From a virus: a stretch of 64,000 nucleotides of DNA. Below the pieces are notes generated by a model. The model did no database searches. It was not told the origin of the DNA and saw only the letters and a list, made by a program, of their open reading frames with translations. Below are positions 48,601 through 57,448 of the stretch, piece after piece; the stretch's first letter is position 1, and each line of letters begins with the position of its first letter. The translations under genes and the position numbers were made by a program. The DNA lies in IMG/VR virus record IMGVR_UViG_3300032297_000372, positions 27,614 to 91,613 of that record; one strand, written 5' to 3'.

Positions 48601-49044
48601 AGTGCTGGTAATTATGCAAATGGTGCCTTTACTCAGGCCAATACCGCAACTACCAATGCTGCAACAGCAGATGGTAAGGCCGTCAATGCTGGTAATTACG
48701 CTAACGCTGCATTTGCAGTTGCTAACTCCGCAGCATCAGGTTCAGTAGATTCTACTGCAAGAAGTATTGCTAACTCAGCCGGATTCTATGCTAACGGAGC
48801 ATTTACTTCAGCGAACAATAGAGTTCTAAAAGTTGGTGATACTATTAGTGGTAATTTGAATATCACTTCGAATATAGTTTCAACAAGTCCTAATACCGGT
48901 TCTTTGATGGTTACTGGTGGTGTTGGTGTCTCAGGTAGTGTTTATGTTGGAAATAAAATTGGTTTTTCAAATACATCCAATGTAAGTATTGTTTATCAAT
49001 ATTACAATACATCAACAAATAGTTTAGACACGGTGTTTGGATAA
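42679..49044 (+). CDS. Long tail fibre-like protein with Ala/Asn heptad (14/21-aa) repeats
   Basis: N-terminal PAAGSLFAGEQAYS..LFIG fibre head motif and dozens of GxYANxAFxxANTADxKAxxA repeats interrupted by GGTITG...WNE...WQ modules. Confidence 0.78.
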   Translation: MATSLVIKYSVANNAPAAGSLFAGEQAYSFVSDVLFIGHPDGSVQNTGGYYYTQIIDSRTTQAIPNTLVLRTAQGNIVANSFVGTVTGSLFGTANAARVLANTITMTLTGDANARITTNGSGNNSYVLTLNTTGVVAGTYGGASNIPVFTVDEKGRLTQVANAAISVASEAYTISAYSTANNAFHKANAAFEAANAATPQFAQGAYNTANAAFIAANTPSHVANSSAVYANGAFAAANNANARSISAGIYANAAFALANSFGGTTDALARTRANASFEQANGASQYANSAFNQANIAYSLANSVYAPTLAALETVNLLASNQANISFNTASVSANASGAFDKANAAFAVANTKFNTTGGTITGNMVVAGNLTVSGNITYVNTNELNIGDNIITLNADLPTSTAPTQDSGIEVNRGSSANVAFKWSESAQKWQYTTDGTVYNNVASELAGIYANAAFAKANTAISDAAIAAGAAAAAEALVSTVDGKLNVLDAKANTIFVRANTPSGTANSAAIYANAAFDKANLADPIRINLAFNSANASFDTANLALSTARNSSNVANAASDAANNVTNAYNQANAAFNTANTARSIALAAFGKANSVIDFANGNTALNVANDASSTANLAINLASYAANTVNSALGGTGLTSYAANTANAAFAAANGKLSLTGGTITGDLRVDGNVTFNGSSATLDVSTLRIRDDQIDLAYNQSGVPTQNVGFRVIRGDEPPVQLRWNESDNQWEFTNDGITFNALGSGIAVAANTANASFITANSATIYANAAFVTSNSAAVYANSSFITANSAAIYSNAAFEAANSAATYSNSSFAVSNSAAIYANSSFSVSNSAAIYSNAAFIASNSASVYANAAFAAANGKFSSSGGTVTGNVIITGDLGLVSNTILLNSDLDSLAIPFEDSGIKVNRGTAINVALLWNETVDSWQLTDDGVNYANIALESADVYSNAAYLTANASFLQANASFFHANAGFEVANSAGFYANGAFTGANTANTNAINTSRYANSAYAVANSASIYANGAFTSANTADVKGTSAGHYANGAFTTANTALDKATSGSNYANAAFTTANTADDRSISGSNYANGAFTAANTADTKAVNSGHYANASFTTANTADDRSTSAANYANSSFLAANTADTKATSAGNYTNAAFTSANTADDKGSSAGFYANGAFLAANTADSKAISAGNYANSSFIVANAGGIIAVSAGSYANAAFISANTADAKAVEASNYANGAFTAANTSDAKATSAGNYANGSFTRANSSGDYANSSFAAANTADAKGTSAGNYANASFSTANTALDKGTSAGEYANSSFFKANASGTLAQEAFDRANTKFNTSGGTITGNVSVTGDLTVTGNISYSGNVTSVAISGNTGSFFGYAANGFNALYAGIPSGYLTQPQIVFQVSANYDGYSAIGIQNINPGPNSSGDLFITADNGTSVDTYLDLGLASSTYNYEGFEIIKPNDGYFIVSGNTTTGGGNVIIGTGLVNDILFTTNGFTDTNVVMRITAANNVVILPTVPSISKTTGALTVAGGVGIQGNVYADAIYTDNYYFNNGTLLSTLSNAAFEKANSAGNYANSAFGKSNTNASDITTVSYYTNSAFSVANTASSTSISAGNYANAAFALANSGGAGATPFYANAAFVAANTADEKAVNAGFYANGAFTTANTADAKGTSAGHYANGSFAAANTADGKAVNAGNYANAAFALANTGGSGATPFYANAAFSKANTADTNAINAGYYANASFLTANTADDRSTSAANYANGSFTSANTADGKAVNAGHYANASFTTANTADNRSTSAANYANGAFAQSNTATTNASTADSKAVNAGNYANGAFSKANTADDRGTSAGLYANGAFALSNTNSFNLIGASSYANGAFAKANTVATDSYNAGNYGNTAFAYANTALDQSASAGFYANGAYATANTANTNAINAGNYANAAFTLANTLSSGSADPWGRIQANLAYNTANTADAKGTSAGNYANGAFTQANTATTNAATADGKAVNAGNYANAAFAVANSAASGSVDSTARSIANSAGFYANGAFTSANNRVLKVGDTISGNLNITSNIVSTSPNTGSLMVTGGVGVSGSVYVGNKIGFSNTSNVSIVYQYYNTSTNSLDTVFG
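45985..48089 (+). repeat. 77-nt direct repeat (one mismatch) inside the 2121-aa fibre gene
   Basis: 45985-46061 and 48013-48089 differ at a single position (GAT/AAT). Confidence 0.8.
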
Positions 49045-49958
49045 TGCCAACAACTATTTCTAAATTATTTCCAACAGGAGTATTACAAACAACTGTTGAT
49101 CTTGATGAGGTTACTATACCAAAAAGTGGCAGTGCAGCAATTTCCGAGTCTCCAAGGAGATACTTGAGTGTACCAGCAAATTCAGCATTTACTTTAGGCA
49201 CAAACAATCATACTATTGAGTTTTGGATGTATCAAACAAGTCGAGGAGGTTATGATACTCCTTTCTCTTATTTTGGTGGCGCAACTCAACAAGCTACAAA
49301 TAACTACTATTTAAATGTCGGAACTAATTATTTTGGATTACTCTTGGGTGGTGCTGGTAGTTGGGCAGTTATTTTTTCATTAGGAACTCTGCCTTCTTTA
49401 AATCAATGGCATCATTATGCTATTGTGCGTAACGGATCAACTTTTACCGTGTATGTTGATGGCATCAGTAGAGGTTCTGCAACCAGTTTACAAAGTATTT
49501 CGGCTCAAGGCACAGGTGGTTCAATGACTATAGGTGCATATGATAACGGAGGTGCAACGCCAATTACAGGTTACATTACTAATTTTAGATATGTTAATGG
49601 AATAGCAGTTTATACTGGTAATTTTTCTGTTCCTAAATCCTGTTTAACTAGAGTTCAAACATCTTCAGCAAACATTGCTGCTATTACTGGAACAGAAACT
49701 AAATTACTATTAACACATGCTGAAAATACTACATTATTAACAGATTCGAGTGTGAATAATTTTACAGTTACTAATAATAATAGTGTTACTTGGAGTTCAT
49801 TTTCACCACCATTGACTAAAATAAGGGTTTCTCCCACAGCAATATATTCTACCGAATTTGACGAAGTTAATCTAGATATATCTGTTGCTGAAAGAAAAAA
49901 CTATGATGGTACATACCAAGTTTCTGGTTATTTGGATGAAACTTTTACTGAATTATAA
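49044..49958 (+). CDS. LamG/concanavalin A-like lectin domain protein
   Basis: HTIEFWMY...NQWHHYAIVRNGSTFTVYVDG...GYITNFRYVNGIAVYTGNF, similar to the gp7 LamG units. Confidence 0.8.
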   Translation: MPTTISKLFPTGVLQTTVDLDEVTIPKSGSAAISESPRRYLSVPANSAFTLGTNNHTIEFWMYQTSRGGYDTPFSYFGGATQQATNNYYLNVGTNYFGLLLGGAGSWAVIFSLGTLPSLNQWHHYAIVRNGSTFTVYVDGISRGSATSLQSISAQGTGGSMTIGAYDNGGATPITGYITNFRYVNGIAVYTGNFSVPKSCLTRVQTSSANIAAITGTETKLLLTHAENTTLLTDSSVNNFTVTNNNSVTWSSFSPPLTKIRVSPTAIYSTEFDEVNLDISVAERKNYDGTYQVSGYLDETFTEL

Positions 49959-49962
49959 GTGA

Positions 49963-49970
49963 AATAAATA
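49963..49970 (+). promoter_or_regulatory. Late promoter AATAAATA
   Basis: Intergenic, upstream of the ATG at 49999. Confidence 0.68.
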
Positions 49971-49998
49971 GTTAATCATTTAAACGAAAAGTACAAAA

Positions 49999-52575
49999 AT
50001 GGCATTACTTAAAGACGGCACAAGAATTTACGGAACATTATACGCCAACACCGCAGTTGTGACTGGTGGGATTAATGTTGCTCCTCAAATTGAATCATCA
50101 TTTTCGCAGGCTAACTCTGCCTTCATAGTTGCGAATACACCAAGTCATGTTGCTAATAGTGCAGGATTTTATGCTAATGGTGCATTTTTATCGGCTAATG
50201 CGGCTAGTAACTATGCCAATGGTGCCTTCACTCAAGCAAATACAGGAACTACTAATGCTGCTACGGCTGATGGTAAGGCAGTTAATGCTGGTAATTACGC
50301 AAATGGTGCCTTCACTGCCGCCAACACAGCAGATGGTAAGGCCGTCAATGCTGGAAACTATGCTAATGCTGCCTTTACACAAGCAAATGCAGGAAGCACA
50401 TCATCAACCACTGTGGGTAATTATGCTAATGCTGCCTTTGTTGTTGCTAATACAGCTGACGATAAAGCAACTAGTGCCGGCAACTACGCTAATGGTGCCT
50501 TCGCATTAGCTAATACATTATCATCGGGATCGATTGATCCTTGGGGTAGAATACAAGCAAACTTAGCATATAATACAGCCAATACTGCTGATGCTAAAGG
50601 TACCAGTGCTGGCAATTACGCTAACTCAGCATTCTCACTTGCAAATAATAAATTCAATACTTCAGGCGGTACAATTACGGGTGATGTTGCAATCACAGGT
50701 AATTTTACTGTTACTGGTTGTACTACGACATTAACAGTAAATACATTACAAGTACAAGATAATTTTATAGATTTAAATTATAATGTTGTTGGTGTTCCTT
50801 CATTAGATGCTGGTGTTAGGGTTGTTCGTGGTTCTTCTAATCCTACTTTCTTACATTGGAACGAAACTACAGATAAATGGCAGTTTAGTAATGATGGTTC
50901 AACTTATGCAAATATGGGTTCTGATTCTGCTGAGAGTTATGCTAACTCAGCATTCTTACGAGCCAATACTCCAAGTCATGTAGCAAACTCAGCCGCAATA
51001 TATGCTAATGCTGCTTTTGCTTTAGCAAATACATTATCTGGATCAGCAGATCAATTTGCTCGTGATAATTCAAATGCAGCATTTTCTAAGGCCAACACAG
51101 CAGATACTAATGCTTCAACAGCCGACGGTAAGGCAGTTAATGCTGGTAATTACGCAAATGGTGCCTTTACACAGGCTAATACCGCAACTACTAATGCTGC
51201 TACGGCTGATGGTAAGGCAGTTAATGCTGGTAATTACGCAAATGGTGCCTTCACTGCCGCCAACACAGCAGATGGTAAGGCCGTCAATGCTGGAAACTAT
51301 GCAAATGGTTCGTTCACTGCTGCCAATACTGCTGATGCTAAAGGCACAAGTGCAGGTTTCTATGCCAATGGATCCTTTACTGCTGCGAATACGGCTGATG
51401 CTAAAGGTACGAGTGCTGGTATTTACGCTAATGCGGCTTTTGAAAAAGCCAATAGTGTTACTGGTACTCCTGGTGGTACTGATACTCAAGTTCAATTTAA
51501 TGATGGCGGAACAACTTTTGCAGGAAATACTAATCTAACTTTCAATAAAACTACAGGAATTTTAAGCACAAAATTATTAACTGTTACAAATTCTGATGGT
51601 GATGAAGGTGGTGAAATATTATTAGGTAAACCTGTAACTAATTCTACAATAGCTGGTACTGGCGTAACGATTGATATCTATCGGAACAAATTAAGAATTT
51701 TTGAACAAGGTGGATCAGCTAGAGGATTCTTTTTAGATATTACTTCTGGTGGTGGCGGTGTTAGTACAGACTTAAACGCTGGTGGTTTTGGTGAAGATGC
51801 ATATGCAAGAAGCACAGCAAACTCAGCTGGAGCATATGCTAATGCTGCTTTTGCACAGGCAAACACTGGTGGTGCTGGTACAGATCAGTTTGCTCGTGAT
51901 AATTCAAACGCTGCTTTTATTACTGCAAATACAGCCGATGCAAAAGGCACTAGTGCTGGTAATTATGCTAATGCTGCTTTTGCACAGGCAAATACTGGTG
52001 GTGCAGGCACAGATACTTGGTCTAGAGTACAAGCAAACTTAGCTTACAGTACAGCAAATTCAGCTGCAGCATATGCTAATGCTGCTTTTGCGGTTGCTAA
52101 TACCGGTGGAGGTGGTGGTGCAGATGCATGGGCAAGAATACAGGCAAACTTAGCATACAATGCTGCTAACAGTGTTGCAGGTCAAGCTTCAGCTAATACA
52201 AATGTTAGAACATATACAGGTGATAACACTACAGTAGCATTTGCTGTTACTGAGAATATGAATGCTAATAATATAATCGTGTTCACCAACGGTCTAGCAC
52301 AAAGACCTGTAATCGATTATACCATAGCTGCAAACACTTTAACATTCGTAACTGCACCACAAACTGGCGAATCTATTTCTATTAGAGAATTAACCGCATC
52401 TATTGATACAACTTATGTAGCATCAAATACTTCTAAATGGGCAGGACAAGTACCTGCCACAATTCAAGTCGCTATTGATAGACTTGCAAATTCTGTTTAT
52501 GAATTAAATGCTAACACACCAATCAGCACATCAATAATTGCTACAGCAGCTGCAATGGCAATTGCTTTAGGTTAG
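49999..52575 (+). CDS. Tail fibre-like protein with the same Ala/Asn heptad repeats
   Basis: GNYANGAFTAANTADGKAVNA repeats, PGGTDTQVQFND and YTGDNTT..F..VFTNGLAQRP..DY modules. Ends in AMAIALG. Confidence 0.75.
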   Translation: MALLKDGTRIYGTLYANTAVVTGGINVAPQIESSFSQANSAFIVANTPSHVANSAGFYANGAFLSANAASNYANGAFTQANTGTTNAATADGKAVNAGNYANGAFTAANTADGKAVNAGNYANAAFTQANAGSTSSTTVGNYANAAFVVANTADDKATSAGNYANGAFALANTLSSGSIDPWGRIQANLAYNTANTADAKGTSAGNYANSAFSLANNKFNTSGGTITGDVAITGNFTVTGCTTTLTVNTLQVQDNFIDLNYNVVGVPSLDAGVRVVRGSSNPTFLHWNETTDKWQFSNDGSTYANMGSDSAESYANSAFLRANTPSHVANSAAIYANAAFALANTLSGSADQFARDNSNAAFSKANTADTNASTADGKAVNAGNYANGAFTQANTATTNAATADGKAVNAGNYANGAFTAANTADGKAVNAGNYANGSFTAANTADAKGTSAGFYANGSFTAANTADAKGTSAGIYANAAFEKANSVTGTPGGTDTQVQFNDGGTTFAGNTNLTFNKTTGILSTKLLTVTNSDGDEGGEILLGKPVTNSTIAGTGVTIDIYRNKLRIFEQGGSARGFFLDITSGGGGVSTDLNAGGFGEDAYARSTANSAGAYANAAFAQANTGGAGTDQFARDNSNAAFITANTADAKGTSAGNYANAAFAQANTGGAGTDTWSRVQANLAYSTANSAAAYANAAFAVANTGGGGGADAWARIQANLAYNAANSVAGQASANTNVRTYTGDNTTVAFAVTENMNANNIIVFTNGLAQRPVIDYTIAANTLTFVTAPQTGESISIRELTASIDTTYVASNTSKWAGQVPATIQVAIDRLANSVYELNANTPISTSIIATAAAMAIALG
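50247..51302 (+). repeat. 117-nt perfect direct repeat inside the 858-aa fibre gene
   Basis: 50247-50363 is identical to 51186-51302. Confidence 0.88.
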
Positions 52576-52576
52576 A

Positions 52577-52584
52577 GATAAATA
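52577..52584 (+). promoter_or_regulatory. Late promoter GATAAATA
   Basis: Intergenic, followed by a GGAG Shine-Dalgarno and the ATG at 52611. Confidence 0.65.
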
Positions 52585-52610
52585 AAAGATAATTTTGGAG
52601 AAATAATAGA

Positions 52611-55523
52611 ATGGCAAAACGGCATATATTGAAATACGTTTTTACACCAGGTAATGCTGGTGTAGGTACGATTAGAATTCCAGGTAAATACGACTTGGAT
52701 GATTTGTTACTTATTACGAATACAACAGACAACGTTATACTTTATAACTTTGCGGATTCGGCCTATGCAGGAACAACAGCAGTTTATACAACAGCTGCTC
52801 TAGATGCATTTCCTAATCTATTACAAGGCAATGGCGGTTACACTACAATCACATTAGGTGTAAATACCACAGGCCAAAGTTCTGGAGATAAACTACAGAT
52901 TTTTGTAAGTGTTGAAGATGAAAGTTTTAGACCTTATAGATTTGGTACAGACGCTATTGAACGTATGCGTGTATCGACACCACAATCTTTAATTGATGCT
53001 GACTTTGAATATGGACTTCAACCAACCAAATGGGCAGGTTACGGAACAATTAGAGGTTATCCTAGTATATACGAATTACCTGGTGTTGATCTTGTCGTTG
53101 CTACAGTTACAACTGACTACACTACAACAAGTACAACTAACAGTTTAATCAATGTAGGATTTACTACAGCACATGGTTTATATCCAAGTAATACAGGAAT
53201 TAGTGTTTCTGGATTAAATAGAGGTGTTGCAGGTTTTAGTAGAGCTGACGGTAACTTCGTAGTCAACACTGTAACAACTCCAACAAATATTACTTATTTT
53301 GCTCGAGGTATAGTAGGAACAGTAAATGGACAAAGTTTATATGGTGATGATACTGTAGCTAAACGTGGGGCATTTTATAGTGGATCAACTATACCAGTTA
53401 CCACTATGTCTAGTGATGGATTAAATCCATCAACAATAACAGTAACTACCACTTCACAACATGGGCTATTACCGGGAATGTCAATTTATGCCGCAGTATC
53501 TACAGGAACAAATCCTGCCTTTGCTACCGGACCATTTATTGTATTGACTGTTCCTTCTCCTACAACTTTTACGTATCTAGCTAGAGCTGGTGCTGCGGTT
53601 TCTGGTATATCTGGATTTACGTTATACGCTCTTTCTAATTCAAAACTTTTACATAGACCTTTTGACGGCGGCGTAACTTTACAGACAAGTAGTCCTTCAT
53701 ATGGTGCAACTGTAGTCCGTCAAAGTAAAAAATATTTTAGATATCAATCAGGTAAAGGATTTTTGTGGTCAACAGGTACTTTATTTAAACCAAACTATGA
53801 TACGTTAAATGTTCAGGCTTCAGGAACAACTGTAGGTTCTGTTATTACAGTTACCACAGATGATGCCGATCACGGTATGCAAGCAAATGCTAACATTAGA
53901 TTAGATGGTATATCAACATCTGGTTACGAAGGTTATTATAATGTAGCCTCAGTTCTTAATGACTATCAGTTTACAGTAAATGCAACAAGTGTATTAGGTT
54001 CAACTATAGCATCATTGAATGCTGTATCTAAAACTTATCTAACAGGATGGCAAGGCGCCAGTGTTCGTGCTGGTCTTTTTGATGAACAGAACGGATTATT
54101 CTGGGAATATGATGGTAACACCTTATACGCTGTTAGACGTTCTGCCACAAATCAATTAACAGGAACTATTCAAGTTGTACAAAATTCCAATCAATTAATT
54201 GGAGCTAATACTCGTTTTGGTGAACAAGTTCGAGCTGGAGATAAAATTGTTCTTCGTGGTATGACTCATTTTGTTTCTAATGTTGCTAATGCCACTTTAA
54301 TGTTTGTTACTCCAGATTATCGTGGAGCTTCTGCTAGTGGTGTTCGAGGAAGTTTAATTACTGAAACTAGAATACCACAAAGCGACTTTAATATTGATAC
54401 CATTGACGGAAATGGACCAAGTGGTTTCAACATTGATTTAAATAAAATGCAGATGATGGGTATTCAATATACTTGGTACGGTGCAGGTTTTGCTGACTTC
54501 ATGTGTCGTGGTGCTGATGGTAATTGGGTCTTCGCACATAGAATTAAAAACAATAACGTTAACAATGAAGCTTACATGCGTTCTGGTAACTTGCCAGTTC
54601 GATACAGTATTGAGAACGATAGTCCTACAACCTATTTAACTTCTGCAATGGATAATAGTCAAACAACTATTCCTGTAGCAGAGACTAGATATTTCCCGAA
54701 TTCAGGTACAGTTTGGATTGAGGGTGAAGCAATTTACTTCTCAGGTAAAAGCACATCATCTGGTCCAGGAAATTTAACAGGTTGTGTACGTGCTGCATCA
54801 ATGACTGTATATCAATTGGGCGTAACTAATACAGTATCGGGAGGTGCAGCTGCTGCTCATACTAATAATGCAGGTGTTATATTGATTAGTAATACTGCTA
54901 GTCCAACATTGAATCATTGGGGTTCTGCGCTGATTATGGATGGTGGTTATGATGCTGATCGTGGTTATATTTTCAACTATCAAAAAGCACAAGCATCTTT
55001 AACAACAACTAACCAAACTGCATTCTTAATTCGTTTAGCACCTAGTGTTTCGAACAGTCAAGTTGGTGCTCTAGGTGTAAAAGACTTGTTAAATCGAAGT
55101 CAATTACTGTTAGAAGAAATTGCAGTTTCAGTTCACGGTGCAGGATCAACACCAGGTTCAGTTATTGTTGAAGGTGTTCTTAATCCTAAAAACTTGAATA
55201 CAGCTACATGGACAAACTTAACACCAGAAGCTGCTGGCGGTCAACCTAGTTTTGCTCAAGTATCAACATCATTCACTTGGATATCAGGAACATTTGCTTT
55301 ACCTGGAGAACAAGTTTTTGCGTTTACTGGACCTACAGATACCGGTGGTGCTAGTAAAGAGGTATTAAATCTAGGAAAGTTGAAAGAATTATCTGGTTCA
55401 CCTTTAGGTGGCGACTTTAAATATCCTGACGGTTCTGATATTTTAGCTGTCAATATTCGTTTATCAGCAGGTACAGCTTCAAACTCAATATTACTACTTC
55501 GTTGGTCAGAAGCACAAGCGTAA
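52611..55523 (+). CDS. Large beta-rich virion structural protein (cyanophage-type)
   Basis: Segments LLLITNTTDNVILYNF, DAIERMRVSTPQSLIDADFEYGLQPTKW, RQSKKYFRYQSGKG and the C-terminal WSEAQA; lies before the neck genes. Confidence 0.6.
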   Translation: MAKRHILKYVFTPGNAGVGTIRIPGKYDLDDLLLITNTTDNVILYNFADSAYAGTTAVYTTAALDAFPNLLQGNGGYTTITLGVNTTGQSSGDKLQIFVSVEDESFRPYRFGTDAIERMRVSTPQSLIDADFEYGLQPTKWAGYGTIRGYPSIYELPGVDLVVATVTTDYTTTSTTNSLINVGFTTAHGLYPSNTGISVSGLNRGVAGFSRADGNFVVNTVTTPTNITYFARGIVGTVNGQSLYGDDTVAKRGAFYSGSTIPVTTMSSDGLNPSTITVTTTSQHGLLPGMSIYAAVSTGTNPAFATGPFIVLTVPSPTTFTYLARAGAAVSGISGFTLYALSNSKLLHRPFDGGVTLQTSSPSYGATVVRQSKKYFRYQSGKGFLWSTGTLFKPNYDTLNVQASGTTVGSVITVTTDDADHGMQANANIRLDGISTSGYEGYYNVASVLNDYQFTVNATSVLGSTIASLNAVSKTYLTGWQGASVRAGLFDEQNGLFWEYDGNTLYAVRRSATNQLTGTIQVVQNSNQLIGANTRFGEQVRAGDKIVLRGMTHFVSNVANATLMFVTPDYRGASASGVRGSLITETRIPQSDFNIDTIDGNGPSGFNIDLNKMQMMGIQYTWYGAGFADFMCRGADGNWVFAHRIKNNNVNNEAYMRSGNLPVRYSIENDSPTTYLTSAMDNSQTTIPVAETRYFPNSGTVWIEGEAIYFSGKSTSSGPGNLTGCVRAASMTVYQLGVTNTVSGGAAAAHTNNAGVILISNTASPTLNHWGSALIMDGGYDADRGYIFNYQKAQASLTTTNQTAFLIRLAPSVSNSQVGALGVKDLLNRSQLLLEEIAVSVHGAGSTPGSVIVEGVLNPKNLNTATWTNLTPEAAGGQPSFAQVSTSFTWISGTFALPGEQVFAFTGPTDTGGASKEVLNLGKLKELSGSPLGGDFKYPDGSDILAVNIRLSAGTASNSILLLRWSEAQA

Positions 55524-55542
55524 TCACTTTAAAGATAAAAAC

Positions 55543-56499
55543 ATGGCACAAATTACTACAAGAGCTGAATTTAAAAATTACTGTATGCGCCGTTTAGGTT
55601 GGCCAGTAATTCAAATTAATGTAGATGATGACCAAATTGAAGATCGTATTGATGATGCTTTACAGTTCTTTCATGACTATCATTTTGATGGTTGTGAAAA
55701 GATTTACATGAAGCATCGTTTTACACAAGAAGATATTGATCGTAGATGGATTTATTGTCCAGACTCGGTACTATTTGTGCATTCTGTTTTACCTTTTGAT
55801 GATTCAAATTCTTCAGTTAATATGTTTGATTTGAGATATCAATTAAGATTACATGATTTATATGACTTCACCTCAGTATCTTATGTGTCTTATGAGATTA
55901 CCATGCAACATATTCGTACATTGAATCTGTTGTTTTCTGGTACTCCACAATTCAGATTTAATAGATTGCAGAATCGATTGATGTTAGATATTGATTGGTC
56001 AAGAGATGCTACTGTAGGTGAATATGTAATTATTGAATGTTATCGTAAACTTGATCCTGACACTATCACCTTAACTGGAACATTAACAGGTACAAATACT
56101 TCGAATGTGATGACAGGTACAGGTACAAAGTTTGACCAAGAAATTATAGAAAATGATTTCATAACTTTATCAGATGGACAATCAGTTCAAGTTAATAGAA
56201 TAATTTCACCAACACAGATTTATATTACAGGTAATTTAACAAGTAATATTGCTTCAGTTACTATGACTAAAGCTGGATTTACAGATGTTTGGAATGATCG
56301 ATTCATAAAACAATATGCAACTGCTAAGATCAAAGAACAATGGGGTTCTAACCTCAAGAAATTTGGTGGCATTCAAATGCCAGGTGGTGTTACTTTAAAT
56401 GGTAAAGAAATCTATGATGAAGCTGTTTTAGAGATTACTAAAATAGAAGATGAGATGCAGATGTATAACGTACTGCCCAATGAAATCATGATGGGTTAA
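55543..56499 (+). CDS. gp13: Neck protein gp13
   Basis: YCMRRLGWPVIQINVDDDQIEDRIDDALQFF and KEQWGSNLKKFGGIQMPGGVTLNG. Confidence 0.93.
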   Translation: MAQITTRAEFKNYCMRRLGWPVIQINVDDDQIEDRIDDALQFFHDYHFDGCEKIYMKHRFTQEDIDRRWIYCPDSVLFVHSVLPFDDSNSSVNMFDLRYQLRLHDLYDFTSVSYVSYEITMQHIRTLNLLFSGTPQFRFNRLQNRLMLDIDWSRDATVGEYVIIECYRKLDPDTITLTGTLTGTNTSNVMTGTGTKFDQEIIENDFITLSDGQSVQVNRIISPTQIYITGNLTSNIASVTMTKAGFTDVWNDRFIKQYATAKIKEQWGSNLKKFGGIQMPGGVTLNGKEIYDEAVLEITKIEDEMQMYNVLPNEIMMG

Positions 56500-56500
56500 G

Positions 56501-57448
56501 ATGGCAACAAACTTTTATTTTAATAACTTTCCTGCCAATCAAGTAACCGAGGAACAACTTTTAGTTGAAGATTTGGTTATTGAAGCAATGCAAATATATG
56601 GCATGGATGTTTATTATTTACCAAGAACATCTCGTGATCCTGACGGTGAAGATATGTTATATGGTGAAGATACTCTGAAACAATATGTTAGTGCAGTTCC
56701 AATTGAAATATATTTGGAAAATGTCACTGGTATGGATGGTGACCAAGATTTTATTTCTAAGTTTGGTTTAGAAATACGTGATGAAATTAAAGTATTAGTA
56801 TCTCGTAGAAGATTTAAACATGAAATAGGTACTGCCAATTACAATGTTGCTAGAATTGGTGGGTTAACAGCAGCTAATAATACTGCACCAAAAAGACCTA
56901 GAGAAGGTGATTTAATTTTCATACCTTTATTACGTGGTTTCTTTGAGATTACTTTTGTAGAACATGAAAACGATCAAGCAATGTTTTACACTTTAGGTCG
57001 TGGCCGTGGTGGTAATGTTTATGTTTATGCATTAACTCTCAAACAATTTGTAATGTCGGATGAAATTATAAACACAGGTCGCAGTGAAATTGACGATCAA
57101 GCATTCGACTATTATCGTAAGACGAGATTGCCTGTAACTGTAGGTTCAGGTACATATTTGCAAGGTGAGATTGTTTATCAAGGTTCAACTTTAGCCAATG
57201 CTAATGCTCAAGCCATAGTACATACATGGACTGGTAATTATGTGGATGTCATTCGAGTAAATGGTTCATTCGCTAATGGAGAATTCTTAAAAGGAAATAC
57301 CAGTGGTGCGGTTTATACTACCTATGCACCAGACGATATGTCAGTATTTGATAATACATTTGAAGATGCTACAGATAATTATAGAATAGAAACCGAAGGT
57401 GAAGGCATTATCGACTTCACAGAACATAACCCATTTGGTGAGCCATAA
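56501..57448 (+). CDS. gp14: Neck protein gp14
   Basis: EQLLVEDLVIEAMQIYGMDVYYLPR, SKFGLEIRDE, RPREGDLIF.P and DFTEHNPFGE. Confidence 0.93.
   Translation: MATNFYFNNFPANQVTEEQLLVEDLVIEAMQIYGMDVYYLPRTSRDPDGEDMLYGEDTLKQYVSAVPIEIYLENVTGMDGDQDFISKFGLEIRDEIKVLVSRRRFKHEIGTANYNVARIGGLTAANNTAPKRPREGDLIFIPLLRGFFEITFVEHENDQAMFYTLGRGRGGNVYVYALTLKQFVMSDEIINTGRSEIDDQAFDYYRKTRLPVTVGSGTYLQGEIVYQGSTLANANAQAIVHTWTGNYVDVIRVNGSFANGEFLKGNTSGAVYTTYAPDDMSVFDNTFEDATDNYRIETEGEGIIDFTEHNPFGEP

Noticed and set aside
43200-52170. CRISPR-like periodicity in the 42/63-nt repeats
   Set aside because: The repeats are degenerate at third codon positions and encode protein heptads. There is no constant repeat with unique spacers and no cas gene.
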